Source: Auanema rhodensis (taxonomy: Eukaryota > Animalia > Nematoda). Taken from it: a stretch of 64,000 nucleotides of DNA. The translations under genes were made by a program, and so were the position numbers. The notes below the pieces were generated by a model. It saw only the letters and a list, made by a program, of their open reading frames with translations, ran no database searches and was not told the DNA's origin. The stretch spans positions 24,242,001 through 24,306,000 of the forward strand of contig OZ059894.1 of assembly GCA_964057225.1 (NCBI GenBank), read 5' to 3'. Below, piece after piece: positions 1-11,600 of this stretch. How positions within the stretch are numbered: position 1 is the first letter of the stretch; each line of letters begins with the position of its first letter.

Positions 1-3000
1 TTGATATTGGTGCATGGTAACCATGACTTTGAAATTTACGTGAACTTTAATTTATGCTAATTAAATGTACACGTGATGTGCACTTGGTATGTAACTCGCT
101 TCACGTGAAAGATAAAGAGATGCGGTTTTCAAAATTAGATTCCCCATGTCCATATTAGTCTAAAAACAAATTTTTATTGATATTGGTTCATGGTAACCAT
201 GACTTTGAAATTTACGTGAACTTCAATTTATGCTAATTAAATGTACACGTGATGTGCACTTGGTATGTAACTCGCTTCACGTGAAAGATGAAGAGATGCG
301 GTTTTCAAAATTAGATTCCCTATGTCCATATTAGTCTAAAAACAAATTTTTATTGATATTGGTTCATGGTAACCATGACTTTGAAATTTACGTGAACTTT
401 AATTTATGCTAATTAAATGTACACGTGATGTGTACTTGGTATGTAACTCGCTTCACGTGAAAGATAAAGAGATGCGGTTTTCAAAATTAGATTCCCCATG
501 TCCATATTAGTCTAAAAACAAATTTTTATTGATATTGGTGCATGGTAACCATGACTTTGAAATTTACGTGAACTTTAATTTATGCTAATTAAATGTACAC
601 GTGATGTGCACTTGGTATGTAACTCGCTTCACGTGAAAGATAAAGAGATGCGGTTTTCAAAATTAGATTCCCCATGTCCATATTAGTCTAAAAACAAATT
701 TTTATTGATACTGGTTCATGGTAACCATGACTTTGAAATTTACGTGAACTTTAATTTATGCTAATTAAATGTACACGTGATGTGCACTTGGTATGTAACT
801 CGCTTCACGTGAAAGATAAAGAGATGCGGTTTTCAAAATTAGATTCCCCATGTCCATATTAGTCTAAAAACAAGTTTTTATTGATATTGGTTCATGGTAA
901 CCATGACTTTGAAATTTACGTGAACTTCAATTTATGCTAATTAAATGTACACGTGATGTGCCCTTGGTATGTAACTCGCTTCACGTGAAAGATAAAGAGA
1001 TGCGGTTTCCAAAATTAGATTCCCCATGTCCATATTAGTCTAAAAACAAATTTTTATTGATATTGGTGCATGGTAACCATGACTTTGAAATTTACGTGAA
1101 CTTTAATTTATGCTAATTAAATGTACACGTGATGTGCACTTGGTATGTAACTCGCTTCACGTGAACGATAAAGAGATGCGGTTTTCAAAATTAGATTCCC
1201 CATGTCCATATTAGTCTAAAAACAAATTTTTATTGATATTGGTTCATGGTAACCATGACTTTGAAATTTACGTGAACTTTAATTTATGCTAATTAAATGT
1301 ACACGTGATGTGCACTTGGTATGTAACTCGCTTCACGTGAAAGATAAAGAGATGCGGTTTTCAAAATTAGATTCCCCATGTCCATATTAGTCTAAAAACA
1401 AATTTTTATTGATATTGGTGCATGGTAACCATGACTTTGAAATTTACGTGAACTTTAATTTATGCTAATTAAATGTACACGTGATGTGCACTTGGTATGT
1501 AACTCGCTTCACGTGAAAGATAAAGAGATGCGGTTTTCAAAATTAGATTCCCCATGTCCATATTAGTCTAAAAACAAATTTTTATTGATATTGGTTCATG
1601 GTAACCATGACTTTGAAATTTACGTGAACTTTAATTTATGCTAATTAAATGTACACGTGATGTGCACTTGGTATGTAACTCGCTTCACGTGAAAGATAAA
1701 GAGATGCGGTTTTCAAAATTAGATTCCCCATGTCCATATTAGTCTAAAAACAAATTTTTATTGATATTGGTGCATGGTAACCATGACTTTGAAATTTACG
1801 TGAACTTTAATTTATGCTAATTAAATGTACACGTGATGTGCACTTGGTATGTAACTCGCTTCACGTGAAAGATAAAGAGATGCGGTTTTCAAAATTAGAT
1901 TCCCCATGTCCATATTAGTCTAAAAACAAATTTTTATTGATATTGGTTCATGGTAACCATGACTTTGAAATTTACGTGAACTTCAATTTATGCTAATTAA
2001 ATGTACACGTGATGTGCACTTGGTATGTAACTCGCTTCACGTGAAAGATGAAGAGATGCGGTTTTCAAAATTAGATTCCCTATGTCCATATTAGTCTAAA
2101 AACAAATTTTTATTGATATTGGTTCATGGTAACCATGACTTTGAAATTTACGTGAACTTTAATTTATGCTAATTAAATGTACACGTGATGTGTACTTGGT
2201 ATGTAACTCGCTTCACGTGAAAGATAAAGAGATGCGGTTTTCAAAATTAGATTCCCCATGTCCATATTAGTCTAAAAACAAATTTTTATTGATATTGGTG
2301 CATGGTAACCATGACTTTGAAATTTACGTGAACTTTAATTTATGCTAATTAAATGTACACGTGATGTGCACTTGGTATGTAACTCGCTTCACGTGAAAGA
2401 TAAAGAGATGCGGTTTTCAAAATTAGATTCCCCATGTCCATATTAGTCTAAAAACAAATTTTTATTGATACTGGTTCATGGTAACCATGACTTTGAAATT
2501 TACGTGAACTTTAATTTATGCTAATTAAATGTACACGTGATGTGCACTTGGTATGTAACTCGCTTCACGTGAAAGATAAAGAGATGCGGTTTTCAAAATT
2601 AGATTCCCCATGTCCATATTAGTCTAAAAACAAGTTTTTATTGATATTGGTTCATGGTAACCATGACTTTGAAATTTACGTGAACTTCAATTTATGCTAA
2701 TTAAATGTACACGTGATGTGCACTTGGTATGTAACTCGCTTCACGTGAAAGATAAAGAGATGCGGTTTCCAAAATTAGATTCCCCATGTCCATATTAGTC
2801 TAAAAACAAATTTTTATTGATATTGGTGCATGGTAACCATGACTTTGAAATTTACGTGAACTTTAATTTATGCTAATTAAATGTACACGTGATGTGCACT
2901 TGGTATGTAACTCGCTTCACGTGAAAGATAAAGAGATGCGGTTTTCAAAATTAGATTCCCCATGTCCATATTAGTCTAAAAACAAATTTTTATTGATACT

Positions 3001-5632
3001 GGTTCATGGTAACCATGACTTTGAAATTTACGTGAACTTTAATTTATGCTAATTAAATGTACACGTGATGTGCACTTGGTATGTAACTCGCTTCACGTGA
3101 AAGATAAAGAGATGCGGTTTTCAAAATTAGATTCCCCATGTCCATATTAGTCTAAAAACAAGTTTTTATTGATATTGGTTCATGGTAACCATGACTTTGA
3201 AATTTACGTGAACTTCAATTTATGCTAATTAAATGTACACGTGATGTGCCCTTGGTATGTAACTCGCTTCACGTGAAAGATAAAGAGATGCGGTTTCCAA
3301 AATTAGATTCCCCATGTCCATATTAGTCTAAAAACAAATTTTTAGTGATATTGGTGCATGGTAACCATGACTTTGAAATTTACGTGAACTTTAATTTATG
3401 CTAATTAAATGTACACGTGATGTGCACTTGGTATGTAACTCGCTTCACGTGAACGATAAAGAGATGCGGTTTTCAAAATTAGATTCCCCATGTCCATATT
3501 AGTCTAAAAACAAATTTTTATTGATATTGGTTCATGGTAACCATGACTTTGAAATTTACGTGAACTTTAATTTATGCTAATTAAATGTACACGTGATGTG
3601 CACTTGGTATGTAACTCGCTTCACGTGAAAGATAAAGAGATGCGGTTTTCAAAATTAGATTCCCCATGTCCATATTAGTCTAAAAACAAATTTTTATTGA
3701 TATTGGTGCATGGTAACCATGACTTTGAAATTTACGTGAACTTTAATTTATGCTAATTAAATGTACACGTGATGTGCACTTGGTATGTAACTCGCTTCAC
3801 GTGAAAGATAAAGAGATGCGGTTTTCAAAATTAGATTCCCCATGTCCATATTAGTCTAAAAACAAATTTTTATTGATATTGGTTCATGGTAACCATGACT
3901 TTGAAATTTACGTGAACTTTAATTTATGCTAATTAAATGTACACGTGATGTGCACTTGGTATGTAACTCGCTTCACGTGAAAGATAAAGAGATGCGGTTT
4001 TCAAAATTAGATTCCCCATGTCCATATTAGTCTAAAAACAAATTTTTATTGATATTGGTGCATGGTAACCATGACTTTGAAATTTACGTGAACTTTAATT
4101 TATGCTAATTAAATGTACACGTGATGTGCACTTGGTATGTAACTCGCTTCACGTGAAAGATAAAGAGATGCGGTTTTCAAAATTAGATTCCCCATGTCCA
4201 TATTAGTCTAAAAACAAATTTTTATTGATATTGGTTCATGGTAACCATGACTTTGAAATTTACGTGAACTTCAATTTATGCTAATTAAATGTACACGTGA
4301 TGTGCACTTGGTATGTAACTCGCTTCACGTGAAAGATGAAGAGATGCGGTTTTCAAAATTAGATTCCCTATGTCCATATTAGTCTAAAAACAAATTTTTA
4401 TTGATATTGGTTCATGGTAACCATGACTTTGAAATTTACGTGAACTTTAATTTATGCTAATTAAATGTACACGTGATGTGTACTTGGTATGTAACTCGCT
4501 TCACGTGAAAGATAAAGAGATGCGGTTTTCAAAATTAGATTCCCCATGTCCATATTAGTCTAAAAACAAATTTTTATTGATATTGGTGCATGGTAACCAT
4601 GACTTTGAAATTTACGTGAACTTTAATTTATGCTAATTAAATGTACACGTGATGTGCACTTGGTATGTAACTCGCTTCACGTGAAAGATAAAGAGATGCG
4701 GTTTTCAAAATTAGATTCCCCATGTCCATATTAGTCTAAAAACAAATTTTTATTGATACTGGTTCATGGTAACCATGACTTTGAAATTTACGTGAACTTT
4801 AATTTATGCTAATTAAATGTACACGTGATGTGCACTTGGTATGTAACTCGCTTCACGTGAAAGATAAAGAGATGCGGTTTTCAAAATTAGATTCCCCATG
4901 TCCATATTAGTCTAAAAACAAGTTTTTATTGATATTGGTTCATGGTAACCATGACTTTGAAATTTACGTGAACTTCAATTTATGCTAATTAAATGTACAC
5001 GTGATGTGCACTTGGTATGTAACTCGCTTCACGTGAAAGATAAAGAGATGCGGTTTCCAAAATTAGATTCCCCATGTCCATATTAGTCTAAAAACAAATT
5101 TTTATTGATATTGGTGCATGGTAACCATGACTTTGAAATTTACGTGAACTTTAATTTATGCTAATTAAATGTACACGTGATGTGCACTTGGTATGTAACT
5201 CGCTTCACGTGAACGATAAAGAGATGCGGTTTTCAAAATTAGATTCCCCATGTCCATATTAGTCTAAAAACAAATTTTTATTGATATTGGTTCATGGTAA
5301 CCATGACTTTGAAATTTACGTGAACTTTAATTTATGCTAATTAAATGTACACGTGATGTGCACTTGGTATGTAACTCGCTTCACGTGAAAGATAAAGAGA
5401 TGCGGTTTTCAAAATTAGATTCCCCATGTCCATATTAGTCTAAAAACAAATTTTTATTGATATTGGTGCATGGTAACCATGACTTTGAAATTTACGTGAA
5501 CTTTAATTTATGCTAATTAAATGTACACGTGATGTGCACTTGGTATGTAACTCGCTTCACGTGAAAGATAAAGAGATGCGGTTTTCAAAATTAGATTCCC
5601 CATGTCCATATTAGTCTAAAAACAAATTTTTA
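1..5632. repeat. 10-monomer (1760 bp) higher-order repeat overlaid by a 13-monomer (2288 bp) tandem duplication (529-2816 / 2817-5104)
   Basis: The p81T marker occurs at 433, 2193 and 4481, and the p7C+p170G monomer starts at 705, 2465, 2993 and 4753. Monomers 4-16 match monomers 17-29 except T>G at 3345. Confidence 0.88.
38..109. other. Per-monomer ACGTGA triplet including two CACGTG (E-box/G-box) hexamers; shown for monomer 1, repeated every 176 bp
   Basis: ACGTGA at p38, p71 and p103, CACGTG at p70-75 and p102-107, and the perfect palindrome TTCACGTGAA at p100-109. Motif presence is seen directly; protein binding is untested. Confidence 0.6.
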
Positions 5633-8600
5633 GTGATATTGGTTCATGGTAACCATGACTTTGAAATTTACGTGAACTTTAATTTATGCTAATTAAATGT
5701 ACACGTGATGTGCACTTGGTATGTAACTCGCTTCACGTGAAAGATAAAGAGATGCGGTTTTCAAAATTAGATTCCCCATGTCCATATTAGTCTAAAAACA
5801 AATTTTTATTGATATTGGTTCATGGTAACCATGACTTTGAAATTTACGTGAACTTTAATTTATGCTAATTAAATGTACACGTGATGTGCACTTGGTATGT
5901 AACTCGCTTCACGTGAAAGATAAAGAGATGCGGTTTTCAAAATTAGATTCCCCATGTCCATATTAGTCTAAAAACAAATTTTTATTGATATTGGTTCATG
6001 GTAACCATGACTTTGAAATTTACGTGAACTTTAATTTATGCTAATTAAATGTACACGTGATGTGCACTTGGTATGTAACTCGCTTCACGTGAAAGATAAA
6101 GAGATGCGGTTTTCAAAATTAGATTCCCCATGTCCATATTAGTCTAAAAACAAATTTTTATTGATATTGGTGCATGGTAACCATGACTTTGAAATTTACG
6201 TGAACTTTAATTTATGCTAATTAAATGTACACGTGATGTGCACTTGGTATGTAACTCGCTTCACGTGAAAGATAAAGAGATGCGGTTTTCAAAATTAGAT
6301 TCCCCATGTCCATATTAGTCTAAAAACAAATTTTTATTGATATTGGTTCATGGTAACCATGACTTTGAAATTTACGTGAACTTCAATTTATGCTAATTAA
6401 ATGTACACGTGATGTGCACTTGGTATGTAACTCGCTTCACGTGAAAGATGAAGAGATGCGGTTTTCAAAATTAGATTCCCTATGTCCATATTAGTCTAAA
6501 AACAAATTTTTATTGATATTGGTTCATGGTAACCATGACTTTGAAATTTACGTGAACTTTAATTTATGCTAATTAAATGTACACGTGATGTGCACTTGGT
6601 ATGTAACTCGCTTCACGTGAAAGATAAAGAGATGCGGTTTTCAAAATTAGATTCCCCATGTCCATATTAGTCTAAAAACAAATTTTTATTGATATTGGTG
6701 CATGGTAACCATGACTTTGAAATTTACGTGAACTTTAATTTATGCTAATTAAATGTACACGTGATGTGCCCTCGGTATGTAACTCGCTTCACGTGAAAGA
6801 TAAAGAGATGCGGTTTTCAAAATTAGATTCCCCATGTCCATATTAGTCTAAAAACAAATTTTTATTGATATTGGTGCATGGTAACCATGACTTTGAAATT
6901 TACGTGAACTTTAATTTATGCTAATTAAATGTACACGTGATGTGCACTTGGTATGTAACTCGCTTCACGTGAAAGATAAAGAAATGCGGTTTTCAAAATT
7001 AGATTCCCCATGTCCATATTAGTCTAAAAACAAATTTTTATTGATATTGGTGCATGGTAACCATGACTTTGAAATTTACGTGAACTTTAATTTATGCTAA
7101 TTAAATGTACACGTGATGTGCACTCGGTATGTAACTCGCTTCACGTAAAAGATAAAGAGATGCGGTTTTCAAAATTAAATTTCCCATGTCCATATTAGTC
7201 TAAAAACAAATTTTTATTGATATTGGTGCATGGTAACCATGACTTTGAAATTTACGTGAACTTTAATTTATGCTAATTAAATGTACACGTGATGTGCACT
7301 TGGTATGTAACTCGCTTCACGTGAAAGATAAAGAGATGCGGTTTTCAAAATTAGATTCCCCATGTCCATATTAGTCTAAAAACAAATTTTTATTGATATT
7401 GGTTCATGGTAACCATGACTTTGAAATTTACGTGAACTTTAATTTATGCTAATTAAATGTACACGTGATGTGCACTTGGTATGTAACTCGCTTCACGTGA
7501 AAGATAAAGAGATGCGGTTTTCAAAATTAGATTCCCCCTGTCCATATTAGTCTAAAAACAAATTTTTATTGATATTGGTTCATGGTAACCATGACTTTGA
7601 AATTTACGTGAACTTTAATTTATGCTAATTAAATGTACACGTGATGTGCACTTGGTATGTAACTCGCTTCACGTGAAAGATAAAGAGATGCGGTTTTCAA
7701 AATTAGATTCCCCATGTCCATATTAGTCTAAAAACAAATTTTTATTGATATTGGTTCATGGTAACCATGACTTTGAAATTTACGTGAACTTTAATTTATG
7801 CTAATTAAATGTACACGTGATGTGCACTTGGTATGTAACTCGCTTCACGTGAAAGATAAAGAGATGCGGTTTTCAAAATTAGATTCCCCATGTCCATATT
7901 AGTCTAAAAACAAATTTTTATTGATATTGGTGCATGGTAACCATGACTTTGAAATTTACGTGAACTTTAATTTATGCTAATTAAATGTACACGTGATGTG
8001 CACTTGGTATGTAACTCGCTTCACGTGAAAGATAAAGAGATGCGGTTTTCAAAATTAGATTCCCCATGTCCATATTAGTCTAAAAACAAATTTTTATTGA
8101 TATTGGTTCATGGTAACCATGACTTTGAAATTTACGTGAACTTCAATTTATGCTAATTAAATGTACACGTGATGTGCACTTGGTATGTAACTCGCTTCAC
8201 GTGAAAGATGAAGAGATGCGGTTTTCAAAATTAGATTCCCTATGTCCATATTAGTCTAAAAACAAATTTTTATTGATATTGGTTCATGGTAACCATGACT
8301 TTGAAATTTACGTGAACTTTAATTTATGCTAATTAAATGTACACGTGATGTGCACTTGGTATGTAACTCGCTTCACGTGAAAGATAAAGAGATGCGGTTT
8401 TCAAAATTAGATTCCCCATGTCCATATTAGTCTAAAAACAAATTTTTATTGATATTGGTTCATGGTAACCATGACTTTGAAATTTACGTGAACTTCAATT
8501 TATGCTAATTAAATGTACACGTGATGTGCACTTGGTATGTAACTCGCTTCACGTGAAAGATAAAGAGATGCGGTTTTCAAAATTAGATTCCCCATGTCCA

Positions 8601-11600
8601 TATTAGTCTAAAAACAAATTTTTATTGATATTGGTTCATGGTAACCATGACTTTGAAATTTACGTGAACTTTAATTTATGCTAATTAAATGTACACGTGA
8701 TGTGCACTTGGTATGTAACTCGCTTCACGTGAAAGATAAAGAGATGCGGTTTCCAAAATTAGATTCCCCATGTCCATATTAGTCTAAAAACAAATTTTTA
8801 TTGATATTGGTGCATGGTAACCATGACTTTGAAATTTACGTGAACTTTAATTTATGCTAATTAAATGTACACGTGATGTGCACTTGGTATGTAACTCGCT
8901 TCACGTGAAAGATAAAGAGATGCGGTTTTCAAAATTAGATTCCCCATGTCCATATTAGTCTAAAAACAAATTTTTATTGATATTGGTTCATGGTAACCAT
9001 GACTTTGAAATTTACGTGAACTTCAATTTATGCTAATTAAATGTACACGTGATGTGCACTTGGTATGTAACTCGCTTCACGTGAAAGATAAAGAGATGCG
9101 GTTTTCAAAATTATATTCCCCATGTCCATATTAGTCTAAAAACAAATTTTTATTGATATTGGTTCATGGTAACCATGACTTTGAAATTTACGTGAACTTC
9201 AATTTATGCTAATTAAATGTACACGTGATGTGCACTTGGTATGTAACTCGCTTCACGTGAAAGATAAAGAGATGCGGTTTTCAAAATTAGATTCCCCATG
9301 TCCATATTAGTCTAAAAACAAATTTTTATTGATATTGGTTCATGGTAACCATGACTTTGAAATTTACGTGAACTTCAATTTATGCTAATTAAATGTACAC
9401 GTGATGTGCACTTGGTATGTAACTCGCTTCACGTGAAAGATAAAGAGATGCGGTTTTCAAAATTAGATTCCCCATGTCCATATTAGTCTAAAAACAAATT
9501 TTTATTGATATTGGTTCATGGTAACCATGACTTTGAAATTTACCTGAACTTTAATTTATGCTAGTTAAATGTACACGTGATGTGCACTTGGTATGTAACT
9601 CGCTTCACGTGAAAGATAAAGAGATGCGGTTTTCAAAATTAGATTCCCCATGTCCATATTAGTCTAAAAACAAATTTTTATTGATATTGGTGCATGGTAA
9701 CCATGACTTTGAAATTTACGTGAACTTTAATTTATGCTAATTAAATGTACACGTGATGTGCACTTGGTATGTAACTCGCTTCACGTGAAAGATAAAGAGA
9801 TGCGGTTTTCAAAATTAGATTCCCCATGTCCATATTAGTCTAAAAACAAATTTTTATTGATATTGGTTCATGGTAACCATGACTTTGAAATTTACGTGAA
9901 CTTTAATTTATGCTAATTAAATGTACACGTGATGTGCACTTGGTATGTAACTCGCTTCACGTGAAAGATAAAGAGATGCGGTTTCCAAAATTAGATTCCC
10001 CATGTCCATATTAGTCTAAAAACAAATTTTTATTGATATTGGTGCATGGTAACCATGACTTTGAAATTTACGTGAACTTTAATTTATGCTAATTAAATGT
10101 ACACGTGATGTGCACTTGGTATGTAACTCGCTTCACGTGAACGATAAAGAGATGCGGTTTTCAAAATTAGATTCCCCATGTCCATATTAGTCTAAAAACA
10201 AATTTTTATTGATATTGGTTCATGGTAACCATGACTTTGAAATTTACGTGAACTTTAATTTATGCTAATTAAATGTACACGTGATGTGCACTTGGTATGT
10301 AACTCGCTTCACGTGGAAGATAAAGAGATGCGGTTTTCAAAATTAGATTCCCCATGTCCATATTAGTCTAAAAACAAATTTTTATTGATATTGGTGCATG
10401 GTAACCATGACTTTGAAATTTACGTGAACTTTAATTTATGCTAATTAAATGTACACGTGATGTGCACTTGGTATGTAACTTGCTTCACGTGAAAGATAAA
10501 GAGATGCGGTTTTCAAAATTAGATTCCCCATGTCCATATTAGTCTAAAAACAAATTTTTATTGATATTGGTTCATGGTAACCATGACTTTGAAATTTACG
10601 TGAACTTTAATTTATGCTAATTAAATGTACACGTGATGTGCACTTGGTATGTAACTCGCTTCACGTGAAAGATAAAGAGATGCGGTTTTCAAAATTAGAT
10701 TCCCCATGTCCATATTAGTCTAAAAACAAATTTTTATTGATATTGGTGCATGGTAACCATGACTTTGAAATTTACGTGAACTTTAATTTATGCTAATTAA
10801 ATGTACACGTGATGTGCCCTTGGTATGTAACTCGCTTCACGTGAAAGATAAAGAGATGCGGTTTTCAAAATTAGATTCCCCATGTCCATATTAGTCTAAA
10901 AACAAATTTTTATTGATATTGGTGCATGGTAACCATGACTTTGAAATTTACGTGAACTTTAATTTATGCTAATTAAATGTACACGTGATGTGCACTTGGT
11001 ATGTAACTCGCTTCACGTGAAAGATAAAGAGATGCGGTTTTCAAAATTAGATTCCCCATGTCCATATTAGTCTAAAAACAAATTTTTATTGATATTGGTT
11101 CATGGTAACCATGACTTTGAAATTTACGTGAACTTTAATTTATGCTAATTAAATGTACACGTGATGTGCACTTGGTATGTAACTCGCTTCACGTGAAAGA
11201 TAAAGAGATGCGGTTTTCAAAATTAGATTCCCCATGTCCATATTAGTCTAAAAACAAGTTTTTATTGATATTGGTTCATGGTAACCATGACTTTGAAATT
11301 TACGTGAACTTCAATTTATGCTAATTAAATGTACACGTGATGTGCACTTGGTATGTAACTCGCTTCACGTGAAAGATAAAGAGATGCGGTTTCCAAAATT
11401 AGATTCCCCATGTCCATATTAGTCTAAAAACAAATTTTTATTGATATTGGTGCATGGTAACCATGACTTTGAAATTTACGTGAACTTTAATTTATGCTAA
11501 TTAAATGTACACGTGATGTGCACTTGGTATGTAACTCGCTTCACGTGAACGATAAAGAGATGCGGTTTTCAAAATTAGATTCCCCATGTCCATATTAGTC

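Noticed and set aside
90-130. CENP-B box
   Set aside because: The TTCG....A..CGGG core is absent on both strands.
28-133. Inverted pair TTTGAAA (p28-34) / TTTCAAA (p127-133) as MITE-like terminal inverted repeats
   Set aside because: The match is only 7 bp of AT-rich sequence, does not extend, and has no target-site duplication.
54-158. 34-codon ORF in each monomer (ATG p54 to TAG p156: MLIKCTRDVHLVCNSLHVKDKEMRFSKLDSPCPY)
   Set aside because: The length is expected by chance and I recognise no domain. Variants are mostly non-synonymous, and include a start loss (p56T) and a nonsense change (p117T), so there is no sign of coding constraint.
1-176. Tandem 5S rRNA, tRNA, snRNA or spliced-leader gene array
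   Set aside because: I recognise no 5S, tRNA cloverleaf, Pol III A/B box or Sm-site context, and 32% GC is low for such genes. An Rfam/Infernal search would be the formal test.
70-176. Budding-yeast-type point centromere (CDEI-CDEII-CDEIII)
   Set aside because: Only the 8-bp CDEI-like motif matches. There is no ~80-bp >90% AT CDEII or recognisable CDEIII, and point centromeres are not tandemly repeated.
1-176. Assignment to known ~176-bp satellites (Brassica CentBr, Arabidopsis CEN178, honeybee AluI, alpha satellite)
   Set aside because: Only the length is similar. The HindIII/AluI sites typical of several of these families are missing and I recall no sequence similarity. A database search is needed to assign it.
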